A stretch of DNA of 64,000 nucleotides from Pelagimonas sp. (GCF_050633425.1 NZ_JBOEGM010000013.1:54511-118510), one strand, 5' to 3'. Positions 38,733 through 49,147 are shown, numbered from the stretch's first letter. Notes: a model not told the origin generated them from the letters alone. Translations and numbers: made by a program.

Positions 38733-39755
38733 GTGATTTTGGAAAATTACGCAATATCAACACGTTGGTTTCCTACCTATGGGTATTGCGAAGGTCAGGC
38801 TGGGCTTTGCGACCAAGTGTACCAGGATTTCGACCAGCAGGCCGAACAGCTTTCCGGGCACGATCAAAGCTATCTGCAACTGACGCCAGGTGCTTTTCAC
38901 GGGCGGTTTTTGTCTGCCTTTTTAGGGCCGGATGTTTCGGTTCATCTGGAATTTTGCAATCAGGCGCTTGAAGAGGAGGTCTGTGGATCACCGGACCATT
39001 ATACTTTCGGTGTGATACTTGAGGAAGCCGCCGGGTTCACAAGTAAGGGGCGGTGCTTCAGTGACAGTGATGTCTTTTTGCTGCCACCGAATGGGAACCT
39101 TCATTTTATCAGCCCGAACTGCGGGGTCGTCATGGCAATCGCGATCAAAAAAAGTCTCTTTCTGAACCAGCCCGTGATTTCGCCAGCCATGATGGACTGG
39201 GTTCTGAAGTTGGACAGCAACATTGGAATTCTTCATGCCAAGACATTCGCACAACGGGTGCGCGAAGACGCATTGACCGCAATCGAAGGTCTCGCACAAA
39301 ATAACAGCCCGGCCTCTTGCGCACTGATTGGTCAAGCGCTGGTGGCCAGTATCACTTCGCGGCTTGCTTTGGAATGGAACGACACGATCAGCGGGGACGG
39401 CGCAGCCGAGGACCAAGTTTACGCGCGATTTGATCTGTGTCGGCGTTGGCTGCGCGAAAACGAAACACTGCTGGTGAACAACGATGATATTTTCGATATC
39501 ACCCACGCGTCCCGGCGATCCGTTGAACACTCCTTCTCCAGATATGTCTCAATGGGGCCGTTGACCTATATGCGCGTTGTCCGACTGCACAATGTTCGGC
39601 GGGTGATCCTTGATGCGTCTTTTCAAGACCACTCCATCGGGGACATTGCGGCAAGGCACGGATTTTGGGATTGGAGCCGGTTCACAAATCAATACCACCG
39701 TCAGTTCGGCGAGCTGCCCTCAACCACCCGCATGTCCTTAGGGCAAACACGTTAG
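38733..39755 (+). CDS. AraC-family transcriptional regulator
   Basis: A C-terminal double HTH ('YMRVVRLHNVRRVILDASFQDHSIGDIAARHGFWDWSRFTNQYHRQFGELP'). Confidence 0.75.
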   Translation: MILENYAISTRWFPTYGYCEGQAGLCDQVYQDFDQQAEQLSGHDQSYLQLTPGAFHGRFLSAFLGPDVSVHLEFCNQALEEEVCGSPDHYTFGVILEEAAGFTSKGRCFSDSDVFLLPPNGNLHFISPNCGVVMAIAIKKSLFLNQPVISPAMMDWVLKLDSNIGILHAKTFAQRVREDALTAIEGLAQNNSPASCALIGQALVASITSRLALEWNDTISGDGAAEDQVYARFDLCRRWLRENETLLVNNDDIFDITHASRRSVEHSFSRYVSMGPLTYMRVVRLHNVRRVILDASFQDHSIGDIAARHGFWDWSRFTNQYHRQFGELPSTTRMSLGQTR

Positions 39756-39763
39756 GTCATTTC

Positions 39764-39883
39764 GGGCTCACTCCGGCCATCCGACAAGTTTAGTGGGTCA
39801 AATCGATGGTTTTTCGTGTCGAAGGTCTGCTATGCGGGACAAGGCTTTCGTTCGAGGGTATTGAGTGTATAGCCGACGATGCG
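39764..39883. repeat. REP/MITE-like dispersed repeat, copy A (degenerate)
   Basis: The left end GGGCTCACTCCGGCCATCCGACAAGTT aligns with the copy-C left end GGGCTCACTGCCGACATCTGACAAGTT at 47323, and a degenerate right end ..GGTCTGCTATGCGGGACAAGGCTTTCGTT aligns with ..GGTCGGCTTAGCGGGACAAAGCCTTCGTT. A trailing GAGTGTATAGCCGACGATGCG resembles the 5' end of the 46873 copy. Confidence 0.6.
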
Positions 39884-40119
39884 CCCACCTTGTTGTTTGA
39901 GAACTGACGGCAGGAATACCGATCCATTCGCTGACATCCTCAGGCTGCACACGCCCGGCCGCAAGACCGATAGTGACGATCCAGATCATCACAAGCGTCG
40001 ACACACTGGGCACGGGCTTGGCATTAAAAACTATCCTCACTTTACAAAGGGCTGACGAAACGCCGCTGCCTTTTATTTTCCGATGCAGGTGTTAGAAAGA
40101 CGTCAAGTGGGGGCGCGGG

Positions 40120-41313
40120 ATGATGGAAATTAGCGAAAGTCTCTATTCGGAACATCTCGGCGTGGCCGGTGCCTTGGCCGTATCGGCATTTGTTTTCCTG
40201 GGTTTGATGCTCCGATTGCGCGAGACACCGCAGCCTCGCATGCACATCTGGGCCATGATCGCGTTTTTTACGGTTAACATATGCGACGGGCTGAACTCAT
40301 TTGCCTATTCCGATACCTTCAATGGCCCGCCTGCGCTCTACCGGTGGAACGATGTCATTATCCCCGGGTTCATGGTTGCACTTTATTTCTATGTGAGGGC
40401 ACTCACCAGTGCTGCGCCCAAGCTGTTCGCGGTCGACCTGGTCCATCTCTTGCCCTTTCTTGCAGGGTTTCTTTGCCTTGCCCCAGCCTTGCTCTTGTCA
40501 GGAGAGGTGCGGCTCGGCCTCGTCGAGGGTGAAGTCACAGATGGACACGCGGCGCTCGTCGACATTGGCGAGACGGCGTTCTGGATTGTTTGGGTGGTCA
40601 CATTAGCGGTTTACGGGGCGATTTGTATTCGACGGCTGATCCTGCACAAGCGTAACATTCGCGATGTGTTTTCTGACCTCGAAGGCAAAACCCTGCGCTG
40701 GCTTGACGGTTTGGTCGCGACCATTCTGATCATCGCACTGATTGTCATCATCGACGAAATTGGACAATTGGTGGGGCAGAGGCCCCTGCGTGACGGCATC
40801 TGGTCGTTGTTATTTGATGTGATCATGCCCGTTTCGTTCGGCATTTTTGCCTTGCGGGCGAACCCGCCATTGCCTGAGTGGACCGAAGCCGTCCTGGAAG
40901 ATGTCCCTCGGCCGGAAGAACCAGATCCGCAAGACAAACCATCGTCGCGCTATGCTCGGTCCGGTTTAACGGAGGCGGACGTTGATCGATTTGCAGCTCG
41001 TTTGGAGAAACGGATGGCGGATGGGCAACTTTGGCGCGATCACGGGCTTAACCTCCGCGGGCTCGCGTCGCAAATCGCGATCCCACCCATTCACCTGTCC
41101 GAAGTCCTCAATACCAAAGTCGGCATGTCGTTCTATGACTACGTCAACCAATGCCGTATCCGCGATGCCTGTGACCTGCTGATCCACAGCAATGATACCA
41201 TCATCGAGATCAGCGAGACCGTAGGCTTCAACGCGAAATCGACCTTCAACACGAGCTTCAAAAAGATTACTGACCAAACGCCCTCGCAATGGCGGGCGGC
41301 CCATAAGCCATAG
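40120..41313 (+). CDS. Membrane-anchored AraC-family regulator (multi-TM N-terminal sensor + C-terminal AraC HTH)
   Basis: About 6 predicted TM helices at the N-terminus. The C-terminus has 'FYDYVNQCRIRDACDLLIHSNDTIIEISETVGFNAKSTFNTSFKKITDQTPSQWR'. Confidence 0.7.
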   Translation: MMEISESLYSEHLGVAGALAVSAFVFLGLMLRLRETPQPRMHIWAMIAFFTVNICDGLNSFAYSDTFNGPPALYRWNDVIIPGFMVALYFYVRALTSAAPKLFAVDLVHLLPFLAGFLCLAPALLLSGEVRLGLVEGEVTDGHAALVDIGETAFWIVWVVTLAVYGAICIRRLILHKRNIRDVFSDLEGKTLRWLDGLVATILIIALIVIIDEIGQLVGQRPLRDGIWSLLFDVIMPVSFGIFALRANPPLPEWTEAVLEDVPRPEEPDPQDKPSSRYARSGLTEADVDRFAARLEKRMADGQLWRDHGLNLRGLASQIAIPPIHLSEVLNTKVGMSFYDYVNQCRIRDACDLLIHSNDTIIEISETVGFNAKSTFNTSFKKITDQTPSQWRAAHKP

Positions 41314-41560
41314 GCAGGGACGCAAACGTTCGGATGCGCTGGCCGAACGGGCTCGGCGCTGCAAAATCACCCGAATGTAAGCGTCTGAAGTAAAAGTACA
41401 AAAACATGTAACTGGTTCGATCCAGTTTGTTCGAACGTTCGGGCCACCCTGTTCGGTCGCGGAAGGCATCGGGCCGCCGCTACCCCTTTTCATATCGCCA
41501 ATGCGCTGTTGGGAACATCCGGCAGGCGTGGTTGCCAATATGTTGAAAAGGACCTGACTT

Positions 41561-41920
41561 ATGAAACATCTGATCGTACTTCCCGCCGTCCTTGTCGTCG
41601 CCGCATGCGCCGACAGTGGGGCAAGTTATCAACCCATTCTGGATGGGCCGCCATCTGCGGCCTTCCAATCTGATCTTGCCGCTTGCCAATCGCTGGCTCG
41701 CAATCAGAAACAGTTTGACCAAGAAACCCTTGGTGCTGCTGTCGTCGGGGGCGGTGCTGGCGCGGTCCTCGGTGAGCTTGATGAAGATGGCGATGCTTTG
41801 AGCGGGGCCATCGTCGGTGCAATTGCAGGAGGTGCCGCCGGTGCCGTCAACGCGAGCGAGCGGCGTGAATCTATTGTCGTGGAATGCCTACGTAACCGTG
41901 GCCACCGCGTCGTCGGGTAA
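41561..41920 (+). CDS. Lipoprotein with glycine-zipper motifs
   Basis: A lipobox ('VVAACAD') and Gly/Ala zipper repeats ('GAAVVGGGAGAVLG', 'GAIVGAIAGGAAGAV'). Confidence 0.5.
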   Translation: MKHLIVLPAVLVVAACADSGASYQPILDGPPSAAFQSDLAACQSLARNQKQFDQETLGAAVVGGGAGAVLGELDEDGDALSGAIVGAIAGGAAGAVNASERRESIVVECLRNRGHRVVG

Positions 41921-42160
41921 GGCGAAACATCATGGTTGACATCATTCGCCTTCGAGAGCGCCGGTTCAACGCGCTCTATCTACTCCTCACAGGGGCGGCT
42001 CATCACGAGCTGCCCATACCCTACCAAGTCTCAGACAAGCCGAAAAAATATGTCGGATTACCGGAGCAACACCGACGCAGTCAGACGATCGCTCGGCTTG
42101 AGACGATTACAACCAAACCACTTGGTCTGTAGCAGCGCGCCAAAACAAGGAGACCCCACA

Positions 42161-43012
42161 ATGAAGCGTGTTTTTATCGCAGGAGCGACCGGCTATCTGG
42201 GTCAATTCATCTGCAAGGAATATCAAACCCGCGGTTGGCATGTCACCGCGTTGGTGCGCAAGTCCAACAAGGATGTTCACCTGGCGGCGGATCGGATAGT
42301 TGAGGCAGAGGCTACATGGCCTGAGACCCTAATTGGGACCATGAAAGATGTTGATTTGGTGGTGTCGGCCTTGGGAATCACACGTCAGGCGGACGGTGTT
42401 GGATATTGGGAAGTGGATTATCAGGCCAATGTGAACCTGTTGGAAGAAGCGCTCCGCAGCAATGTCACGCGCTTTGCTTTTGTCCATGTCTTGAATGCGG
42501 ATCGGATGGAAAGCGTGCCCCTCGTTGCGGCAAAAGCGGCCTTTGTGCGCAAGCTTCGATCCGCAGATATTCAAACCAGCGTCATCGCACCTACCGGTTA
42601 TTTTTCTGATATGGGTGATTTCCTGAAAATGGCGATGGCCGGTCGCGTCTGGTTGTTTGGAAGCGGACAACAAAGGATAAACCCAATCCATGGGGCCGAC
42701 CTCGCCGCCGCGCTTTTCAACGCGGTGCAAGATGGTGCTGCCTTGGCAGAGATCGGCGGGCCGGATACGTTTACACAGAACGACTTGGCGAAGCTTTGTT
42801 TCGAAACCCTGGGCACGCCCCCCCGCATCACGCATCTTCCGGACGTTCTACGGCGGGGGGCATTGCATCTTTTGCCGCGCCTTGCACCACGCAGGATTGC
42901 AGGGCCCGCGCAGTTCTTCTTGACTGCGGGGGCGATGAATATGACAGCCCCACCTTCAGGGACACGCAAGCTGGTAGATCATTTCAAATCATTGGTGGAC
43001 CGTTCCAACTGA
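42161..43012 (+). CDS. NAD(P)-binding NmrA/SDR-like protein
   Basis: A Rossmann N-terminus ('KRVFIAGATGYLGQFI'). Confidence 0.7.
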   Translation: MKRVFIAGATGYLGQFICKEYQTRGWHVTALVRKSNKDVHLAADRIVEAEATWPETLIGTMKDVDLVVSALGITRQADGVGYWEVDYQANVNLLEEALRSNVTRFAFVHVLNADRMESVPLVAAKAAFVRKLRSADIQTSVIAPTGYFSDMGDFLKMAMAGRVWLFGSGQQRINPIHGADLAAALFNAVQDGAALAEIGGPDTFTQNDLAKLCFETLGTPPRITHLPDVLRRGALHLLPRLAPRRIAGPAQFFLTAGAMNMTAPPSGTRKLVDHFKSLVDRSN

Positions 43013-43045
43013 TTCAATAACCGGACAATCTAATCGGAGGCTAAC

Positions 43046-43708
43046 ATGACACTTCAAACACTCGGCGGCCTTGCTGCTTTCACATGCGCGGCAACCTATC
43101 TGTTCGGGTTCACATTGCTCGTAACGCTGCTTGCACCCTTGGGCTTTGGTTCGAGCGACATCGACGCCCATGCCGTTGTCGGCTTTATCGAGGCCAATCC
43201 CGCAATTCTGATTTTGTGGAATACGGTGATCTACATCCTGAATGCGCTTGCGCTGGCTGTTCTTGTTGTCGCCATTCACGCAAGGCTGCGCCTGAAAACT
43301 CCGGGTTGGGCGGCGGTGACCCGCGCGTTCGGTCTCATCTGGGCGACCCTTGTGATCGGGGCAGGGATGATTGCCAATGTCGCCGTGGAACAGGCAGCCC
43401 GACTAGCGCCGGTTGATCTCGATCGTGCGGTCATGCTTTGGGAGACGCTGCACGCGGTCGAACTGGGCTTGGGCGGCGGGAATGAGATTGCAGGCGGCGT
43501 CTGGATCGGCTGCGTCAGCATCGCAGGATTGATCGCGCGCAGCCTTGGCAAAGTGACTGTCGTCGTTGGTTTGTTGACTGGTTCCGGTGGGTTGCTGACG
43601 CTGTTTCCCGCGATCGGAGACATTGCCGGCGCGGTCTTTGGGCTCAGCGGGATTGCATGGTTTATTGCGGTTGGTCTGGCGCTGGCTTTGCGCCGCGGCG
43701 ACGCTTGA
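43046..43708 (+). CDS. Integral membrane protein of unknown function (DUF4386-like)
   Basis: Six hydrophobic helices. My recollection of DUF4386 is weak. Confidence 0.45.
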   Translation: MTLQTLGGLAAFTCAATYLFGFTLLVTLLAPLGFGSSDIDAHAVVGFIEANPAILILWNTVIYILNALALAVLVVAIHARLRLKTPGWAAVTRAFGLIWATLVIGAGMIANVAVEQAARLAPVDLDRAVMLWETLHAVELGLGGGNEIAGGVWIGCVSIAGLIARSLGKVTVVVGLLTGSGGLLTLFPAIGDIAGAVFGLSGIAWFIAVGLALALRRGDA

Positions 43709-43736
43709 GTGTTCCAAGTACAAAAGGAAGAGACCT

Positions 43737-44771
43737 ATGACGCTCGCCCAAGACCTGCAAAAGCTCATCGACGCGGAAGCCGCAAAGGCGAATACCCATG
43801 CCTTGATATTGCACCTCAGATCCAGCGATGGACGCGTGGACGTCAAAGCCAGCGCCGGTGAAGTCACGGACGACACGCGTTTCCCAATTGCAAGCATCAC
43901 CAAGATGTTCACGGCAACGCTGATTATGCAATTGGTGGAGAAAGGTCGACTTGACCTGAACCAGACCGTCCAGAGCATCCTGCCACATGTGGACTTGTCG
44001 TGTCTTCATGTGGTGAGTGGGACGGATTACGGGTCCAAGTTGACCATCCGCCATCTGCTTCACCAAACCTCTGGGTTGGCGGATTACTACGAAAGCGACC
44101 TGGCGTTAGATTTGAAGGCGGGCAATGACCGCAGCTACGGTTTGGAAGATGTGTTGCAGATGACGCGCGCCTTGCCGCCGCAGGCCGCACCGGACAGCGG
44201 GCGATCCCATTACTCCGACACGAACTTCCAACTTCTTGGTGCCGTCATCGAAAGCGTGACAGCACAGAGCTTTGACCAAGCCTTGCAAACCGGCATTTGT
44301 GTACCGCTGGGGCTGACGCAAACGAAAGTTCTGCGCGGAACGGACGTGGGCCTTGCGGTTTACCACAAGGACCAATTGCTCAACATTCCGCAGCTTCTGA
44401 CCAGCATGTCGGCAGATGGCGGCATCATCTCGACCTTGGACGAGATGATGACCTTCTTGCGCGCCTTCATGCAAAACCGGCTTTTTTCTCCCCAAACCGC
44501 TGAGCAAATGCGTCAGTGGAACAGGCTCTTTTTCCCAATGAGTTATGGGTACGGCCTCATGCGGATCAAGCTGCCCCGCTGGATGACCCTTTTTCGCAAA
44601 ACCCCCGAGCTGATCGGGCATTCAGGGGCCAGCGGGGCGTTTGCCTATTATGCGGCCGAGCGGGACATATACGTGGTCGGCACGTTCAATCAGACAGATG
44701 CACCACGTCGGCCCGTCGGCTTTATGTTTGAGGTGATGCGCTTGGTTGCTAAATACGAAGTATTGTCATGA
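43737..44771 (+). CDS. Beta-lactamase-fold serine hydrolase
   Basis: An S-x-x-K motif ('SITKMF'), 'YSDTNFQLLG' and 'HSGASG'. Confidence 0.75.
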   Translation: MTLAQDLQKLIDAEAAKANTHALILHLRSSDGRVDVKASAGEVTDDTRFPIASITKMFTATLIMQLVEKGRLDLNQTVQSILPHVDLSCLHVVSGTDYGSKLTIRHLLHQTSGLADYYESDLALDLKAGNDRSYGLEDVLQMTRALPPQAAPDSGRSHYSDTNFQLLGAVIESVTAQSFDQALQTGICVPLGLTQTKVLRGTDVGLAVYHKDQLLNIPQLLTSMSADGGIISTLDEMMTFLRAFMQNRLFSPQTAEQMRQWNRLFFPMSYGYGLMRIKLPRWMTLFRKTPELIGHSGASGAFAYYAAERDIYVVGTFNQTDAPRRPVGFMFEVMRLVAKYEVLS

Positions 44772-45751
44772 AAACGCTATTAAAGTGGATCGTCAGCATC
44801 GTAACTTGCCTGCTGTTCGCCGTCAGCGCATTGTATGTGGGAACCCGCGGCGAATACGCGGTCGCCCGTCTGGTGACGGACGACCCATCCTTGCCGTCAG
44901 AGATCGTCAACGGCGTCCAACTGCACATGCGCGTCGTTGACGGGCCGCAGAGTGCGCCTACGATTATCGTTCTGCACGGCGGGCCGGGCGGAGATTTCCG
45001 ATCTCTGCAAGCACTGGAAACCCTGTCCGATCAATATCGTGTGGTTTTCTACGATCAACGCGGTGCCGGACTGTCCGAACGTGTTTCAGCGGACTTCCTG
45101 ACCCTCGATGGCCATCTGGACGAATTGGGGGCCGTCATAGATCTCGTTTCACCAAGCCAAGCGCCGATCGTAATTGGCCATTCCTGGGGGGCGATGCTGG
45201 CGGCGGCTTACATCGGCCGGAATCCCAACGATGTTCAAAGCGCTGTGCTGATCGAACCGGGTTACCTCGATGCTGCGGGCCGCGAGGCTTGGGAGGCGGA
45301 AAGTGCAACCTACATGTCTGGATTAGGCTATGGCATGATGGCGATCACCACGGGCTTTCGCGCGCAACATGTGTCCGGTCCAGATGCCGCTGCGCCGGAT
45401 GATTTTCTCATCGGTCATATGGTTCGCACGTTCGCCAATCACCCCGACAATCCATATCATTGTGGTAATGGGTATTCTGCGCCCAACTGGCGGTTCGGAG
45501 CGCAGTCCAGCACCACATGGCGGGGCGCGTCGGCTGCAACGGTGGATCAGATCGGGTCAAATACTGTCGCGTTTAAAGGTCCTGTCTTATTGATCGCCGG
45601 AGAGTGCAACAATTGGCTCGGGCCGCTGCAAACCCTGCATATTTCCCAGTTCGCAAACGCCGATTTGGCGATCATTCCTGACGCCGGCCACGACGTCGTC
45701 TGGGACAACGCGGACGCAACGCTCGCAACCATCCGCGCCTTTCTGGACTGA
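44768..45751 (+). CDS. Alpha/beta hydrolase (proline-iminopeptidase-like)
   Basis: 'VLHGGPGG' and the nucleophile elbow 'GHSWGAM'. The start overlaps the previous stop (ATGA). Confidence 0.75.
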   Translation: MKTLLKWIVSIVTCLLFAVSALYVGTRGEYAVARLVTDDPSLPSEIVNGVQLHMRVVDGPQSAPTIIVLHGGPGGDFRSLQALETLSDQYRVVFYDQRGAGLSERVSADFLTLDGHLDELGAVIDLVSPSQAPIVIGHSWGAMLAAAYIGRNPNDVQSAVLIEPGYLDAAGREAWEAESATYMSGLGYGMMAITTGFRAQHVSGPDAAAPDDFLIGHMVRTFANHPDNPYHCGNGYSAPNWRFGAQSSTTWRGASAATVDQIGSNTVAFKGPVLLIAGECNNWLGPLQTLHISQFANADLAIIPDAGHDVVWDNADATLATIRAFLD

Positions 45752-45763
45752 GGCGCTTGCACA

Positions 45764-46828
45764 ATGAACGATCAGACAGACACCTCTCGACTCCACCGCA
45801 TGATGATGCCTTATGAGAGCCCGCGGCACACAGTCGTTGCCTTCAGCCTGATTGCCAGCAAACCTCAAATCATAGGGTCGGGTCCCAATGATACGCAGGC
45901 ACCATGGGAGGACCTCATTTTCGAGATCGGCTCGATCACCAAAGTGTTCACGGGCATCTTGCTTTGCGTGCTCGTGGAAGAAGGGAAAATCGATCCCCAT
46001 GCGCCTTTCTCCGAGTTGTCGGATGCACTGTCTGATGTGCCAAGCTCGATCACGCCAGAGCGCCTGGCGTCTCATACCAGCGGCCTGCCCAATATTTATG
46101 CTCCGATTTGGAAAGTTCTGTTCCAACAACGGCCCGATGGTCCCTATGCCGGCTTTACGCGCAGAGACCTGTTCACATGGTTGCACAACTGGCATGCCAA
46201 AGACTCCGGTGGCAATCTGCGCCACAGCTATTCAAACCTCGGCGCAGGGCTGTTGGGCGAGGCCATGGCGATGCAGGCGGGAAGACCATTCACCGAACTG
46301 CTCGCGGAACGGGTCATCCATCCACTTGGACTGACGGACACAACCGGTGACTTGGACGGCGACCAACGGTCCCGTTTCATGTTTCCTCGAAACACGGCCG
46401 ATAGACCCGTTATACCCTGGACCTTCGATGCCTTGGCGGGGGCAGGCTATCTTCGCTCGACAGCGCGCGATCTCGCGCGTTTCTCTCGTAGCGTTGTCCA
46501 AGCGATCAATGCGCCGGAAACGGTTCTAGATTATGCGATCAAGCGTTCGGCCAAACCGATCTTTGGCGTCGGTCGAAGAGGGAGCTCACACCTATTCGCA
46601 CAGTGCTCTGGCTGGATGTCTATGAAGCCAGACCCATCTGGCCCAACAAGTCTTTTTGCCAACGGCGGAACTGCTGGATCGACCTGCGCGCTTTTTCTTT
46701 GCCCTGAAAAAGAGAGAGCAATTGCGATCCTTTCGAACAATGGCGTCGCGGCAAGTCTCTGGGCGCGCACCAAGCTCAGTTGGTCAAGCCCGACGCGGCA
46801 AGCACATGACTATTTCACGGCAGGCTGA
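45764..46828 (+). CDS. Beta-lactamase-fold serine hydrolase (second paralog)
   Basis: An S-x-x-K motif ('SITKVF'), 'YSNLGAGLLG' and a C-terminal beta-lactamase-like fold. Confidence 0.75.
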   Translation: MNDQTDTSRLHRMMMPYESPRHTVVAFSLIASKPQIIGSGPNDTQAPWEDLIFEIGSITKVFTGILLCVLVEEGKIDPHAPFSELSDALSDVPSSITPERLASHTSGLPNIYAPIWKVLFQQRPDGPYAGFTRRDLFTWLHNWHAKDSGGNLRHSYSNLGAGLLGEAMAMQAGRPFTELLAERVIHPLGLTDTTGDLDGDQRSRFMFPRNTADRPVIPWTFDALAGAGYLRSTARDLARFSRSVVQAINAPETVLDYAIKRSAKPIFGVGRRGSSHLFAQCSGWMSMKPDPSGPTSLFANGGTAGSTCALFLCPEKERAIAILSNNGVAASLWARTKLSWSSPTRQAHDYFTAG

Positions 46829-46872
46829 CTGCCGAAGAGAACACGGGTACAAGTCGCAGCATTCGGTAATAT

Positions 46873-46950
46873 GAGTTTATAGCCGACATCCGACAACACC
46901 AATCGGGAAAACTTCCGATTTTCAAGGGCGATTGTCGGCTTAGCGGGACT
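46873..46950. repeat. REP/MITE-like dispersed repeat, copy B
   Basis: GAGTTTATAGCCGACATCCGACAA...ATTGTCGGCTTAGCGGGAC. The internal GCCGAC/GTCGGC inverted repeat can form a stem. Confidence 0.6.
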
Positions 46951-47322
46951 TTTCTACCGTTCATATCTCACCACGAAGGTCGGCTTTGGTTCGGGAAATT
47001 GGCCAAGGTTCAATTAGAAACAGACTGAGCCGATTTGACTTTAGCCGCTCCGCTCTCTGTGCCATTTGAACCAAAAGAACAATGCTTGTAGTGGGGCACC
47101 GATGAAACAAGTGGCTAAGAACAAGGGACCTCTCCCGCCAGGCCATTGAAGAATGTCATCATACCAGATCAAGCATGCAACAATTGCCAAACTTCCGAAG
47201 ATAATTGTCCTCTTGGTTTTCTGCTTATTCGACAGTTTGTGCCAGAGTAATGCCATGCCACCGATCCGATTGGCTATCCCTTAGAAAACAGACATTGATG
47301 CAAAACGCAGAAATTTGCAATA

Positions 47323-47420
47323 AGGGCTCACTGCCGACATCTGACAAGTTCAGTCGGGCAAGTCGATGAAACCTTGTATTAAAGGTCGGCTTAGCGGGAC
47401 AAAGCCTTCGTTGGAACCGA
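47323..47420. repeat. REP/MITE-like dispersed repeat, copy C (best preserved)
   Basis: GGGCTCACTGCCGACATCTGACAAGTTCAGTCGGGCAAGTCGATG...AAAGGTCGGCTTAGCGGGACAAAGCCTTCGTTGGAACCGAAG. Confidence 0.6.
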
Positions 47421-47498
47421 AGAAATCAACGTCTGCTTTCTTCGGTCGATCAAATCGTTAAGCTGTTTGTACATTGTTAAAGACAAGCTTGGGAATCT

Positions 47499-48167
47499 AT
47501 GCCTTCAAAGTACACGGCTGCGCGAAGGGCAAAATTGGAAGACTTGGCCGAAATGTCACGCGTGACAAAGCGACCTGGCCGTAACTCCGTCGGGTCAAGA
47601 TCATTGGCATTTTGTCACCCAAACCACAGCAAGGAAACGCTACAAGCGTATTTTTCGATGTACCCGCAAGGTATTTTCGTAAGCGAAGAAGGCGAGCGCA
47701 TTATCAGTTTTGCGTGTGCAGTTCGTACTTCTACAAAGGCCATAGAAGAACCAATCGCGTGGTCAGATGTCACAGATGGCGAAAAAACTTTAGGCCATCA
47801 GAAAAGAGGGAAATGGCTGTATGTCAGTCGCTTAACCTACACAGCTGGTCCGGGACATGCCCACGTATCGAAAGAGATTGGCCCACTTCTGACCGCACTA
47901 CAAGATTTGGCGGTCAAACAGGGCTTAGCAGGAGTAGCGTTTGCGACACGGTTCCCCGGCCTAAGAGAAAGATCCGGCACAACCGCATTCCAACGCTCAT
48001 GCATCGATGAACCGCACCATCAAGTACGTTCAGGGCTGGCCCCGACTGGAATTTCCTACCAGGTAGGTTTTCGACATTGCGTCTCGCTGTCAAATTATCT
48101 TGGAGATGGAAGGCACTTTGCGTTGATGGTCTGGCGAAGGAATGCCATCTACTTGGGTCAGGACTGA
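47499..48167 (+). CDS. Hypothetical protein (possible GNAT-fold acyltransferase)
   Basis: 222 aa. 'ALQDLAVKQGLAGVAFATR' weakly resembles GNAT motif A. The gene lies beside the IS5 remnant and the repeats. Confidence 0.3.
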   Translation: MPSKYTAARRAKLEDLAEMSRVTKRPGRNSVGSRSLAFCHPNHSKETLQAYFSMYPQGIFVSEEGERIISFACAVRTSTKAIEEPIAWSDVTDGEKTLGHQKRGKWLYVSRLTYTAGPGHAHVSKEIGPLLTALQDLAVKQGLAGVAFATRFPGLRERSGTTAFQRSCIDEPHHQVRSGLAPTGISYQVGFRHCVSLSNYLGDGRHFALMVWRRNAIYLGQD

Positions 48168-48620
48168 TAAGCAGAAAATGATCGTTGCTGCGAGGTAGAT
48201 GGCCGACTTGAATGTAAGTGCGCACCTGTCATATCGAGTTGCGATACGCCGCCAGTCTTTGAGCTTGGCAAACAAGTTCTCCACCTTGTGCTGGGTTTTG
48301 TAGGTTTTCTTGCAGTAATCGATTGTTTCTTTACGGTTTTTCTTCGGTGGGTGCATGGCTTGATCTTCTGGTTGGTCAGCAAGGTTCTGATTTTGTTGCT
48401 GTCATATGGCGCATTGCGACGCCGGTTGAAGCAGGAGCCATCCATCCCATCAGCAATCCGCCCGATCTCCGCGTTGCGGCGTCGACGAGCTTCGCCCCCC
48501 CCCCAATATCCGCATTGCATCGTAGCGCGCAGGCACACCGATGACGTAGCCGCCGGGCTGACCTTGCTCCAACGTGAGCCGGAAGATCCGAACCTCGGCG
48601 GGCCGCCTTTAGTTGATTTC
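48090..48620 (-). pseudogene. IS5-family (IS427-group-like) transposase pseudogene with frameshifts
   Basis: The C-terminal piece reads 'NLFAKLKDWRRIATRYDRCALTFKSAIYLAATIIF'. An upstream piece in another frame reads '..NAPYDSNKIRTLL..'. A C10 homopolymer lies at 48495-48504. Confidence 0.6.
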
Positions 48621-49055
48621 TGACATCGGGTCGAACATCGGCAAACCCGACGCCGTGTCCAGAACCTCTGGCTGCAGTACATCCCAATGTTCTGCAATTT
48701 GACCATCTTCAACGCGGAAAATATCGACGCCGATGAGTGGCTCAGGGCCGAACCCGGTAATGCGCGCATGTACCGCAACCAGATTACCCTCCGCGATGAT
48801 CATTCCCGGCTCGTATTTGAAATTTGGTGGCATGTGCCCAAACAGTTCCTTGATGACTGCTCTGCCAGAAGGAATGGTTGGATTCCGTTGCAGGTAGTCT
48901 TCGGCGAAATAGGTATCAATGGCCTCAACGTTCCCGTTTACGAAAATCTCTGTCACAGCCTTGACCACAACATCCCGAGCGGTTTCAGCAAAGGCCGCGA
49001 TTGGGGTAATGCCGACCGCGAGCGAGAGAATGGCGGTCCTAAAAGTATGTTTCAT
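48609..49055 (-). CDS. Secreted SnoaL-like/NTF2-fold protein
   Basis: A signal peptide ('AILSLAVGITPIAAFA') and the SnoaL pattern ('FAEDYLQRNP', 'IAEHWDVL'). Confidence 0.6.
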   Translation of the reverse strand: MKHTFRTAILSLAVGITPIAAFAETARDVVVKAVTEIFVNGNVEAIDTYFAEDYLQRNPTIPSGRAVIKELFGHMPPNFKYEPGMIIAEGNLVAVHARITGFGPEPLIGVDIFRVEDGQIAEHWDVLQPEVLDTASGLPMFDPMSEIN

Positions 49056-49147
49056 GGAGGGCTCCGTGTTTGTGTTGACGTAAGTCCTGATAGCATCTAG
49101 CTAACAAAAAGAAAGTACGCACCATTTTGTAAGTATGGAGAGCCACG

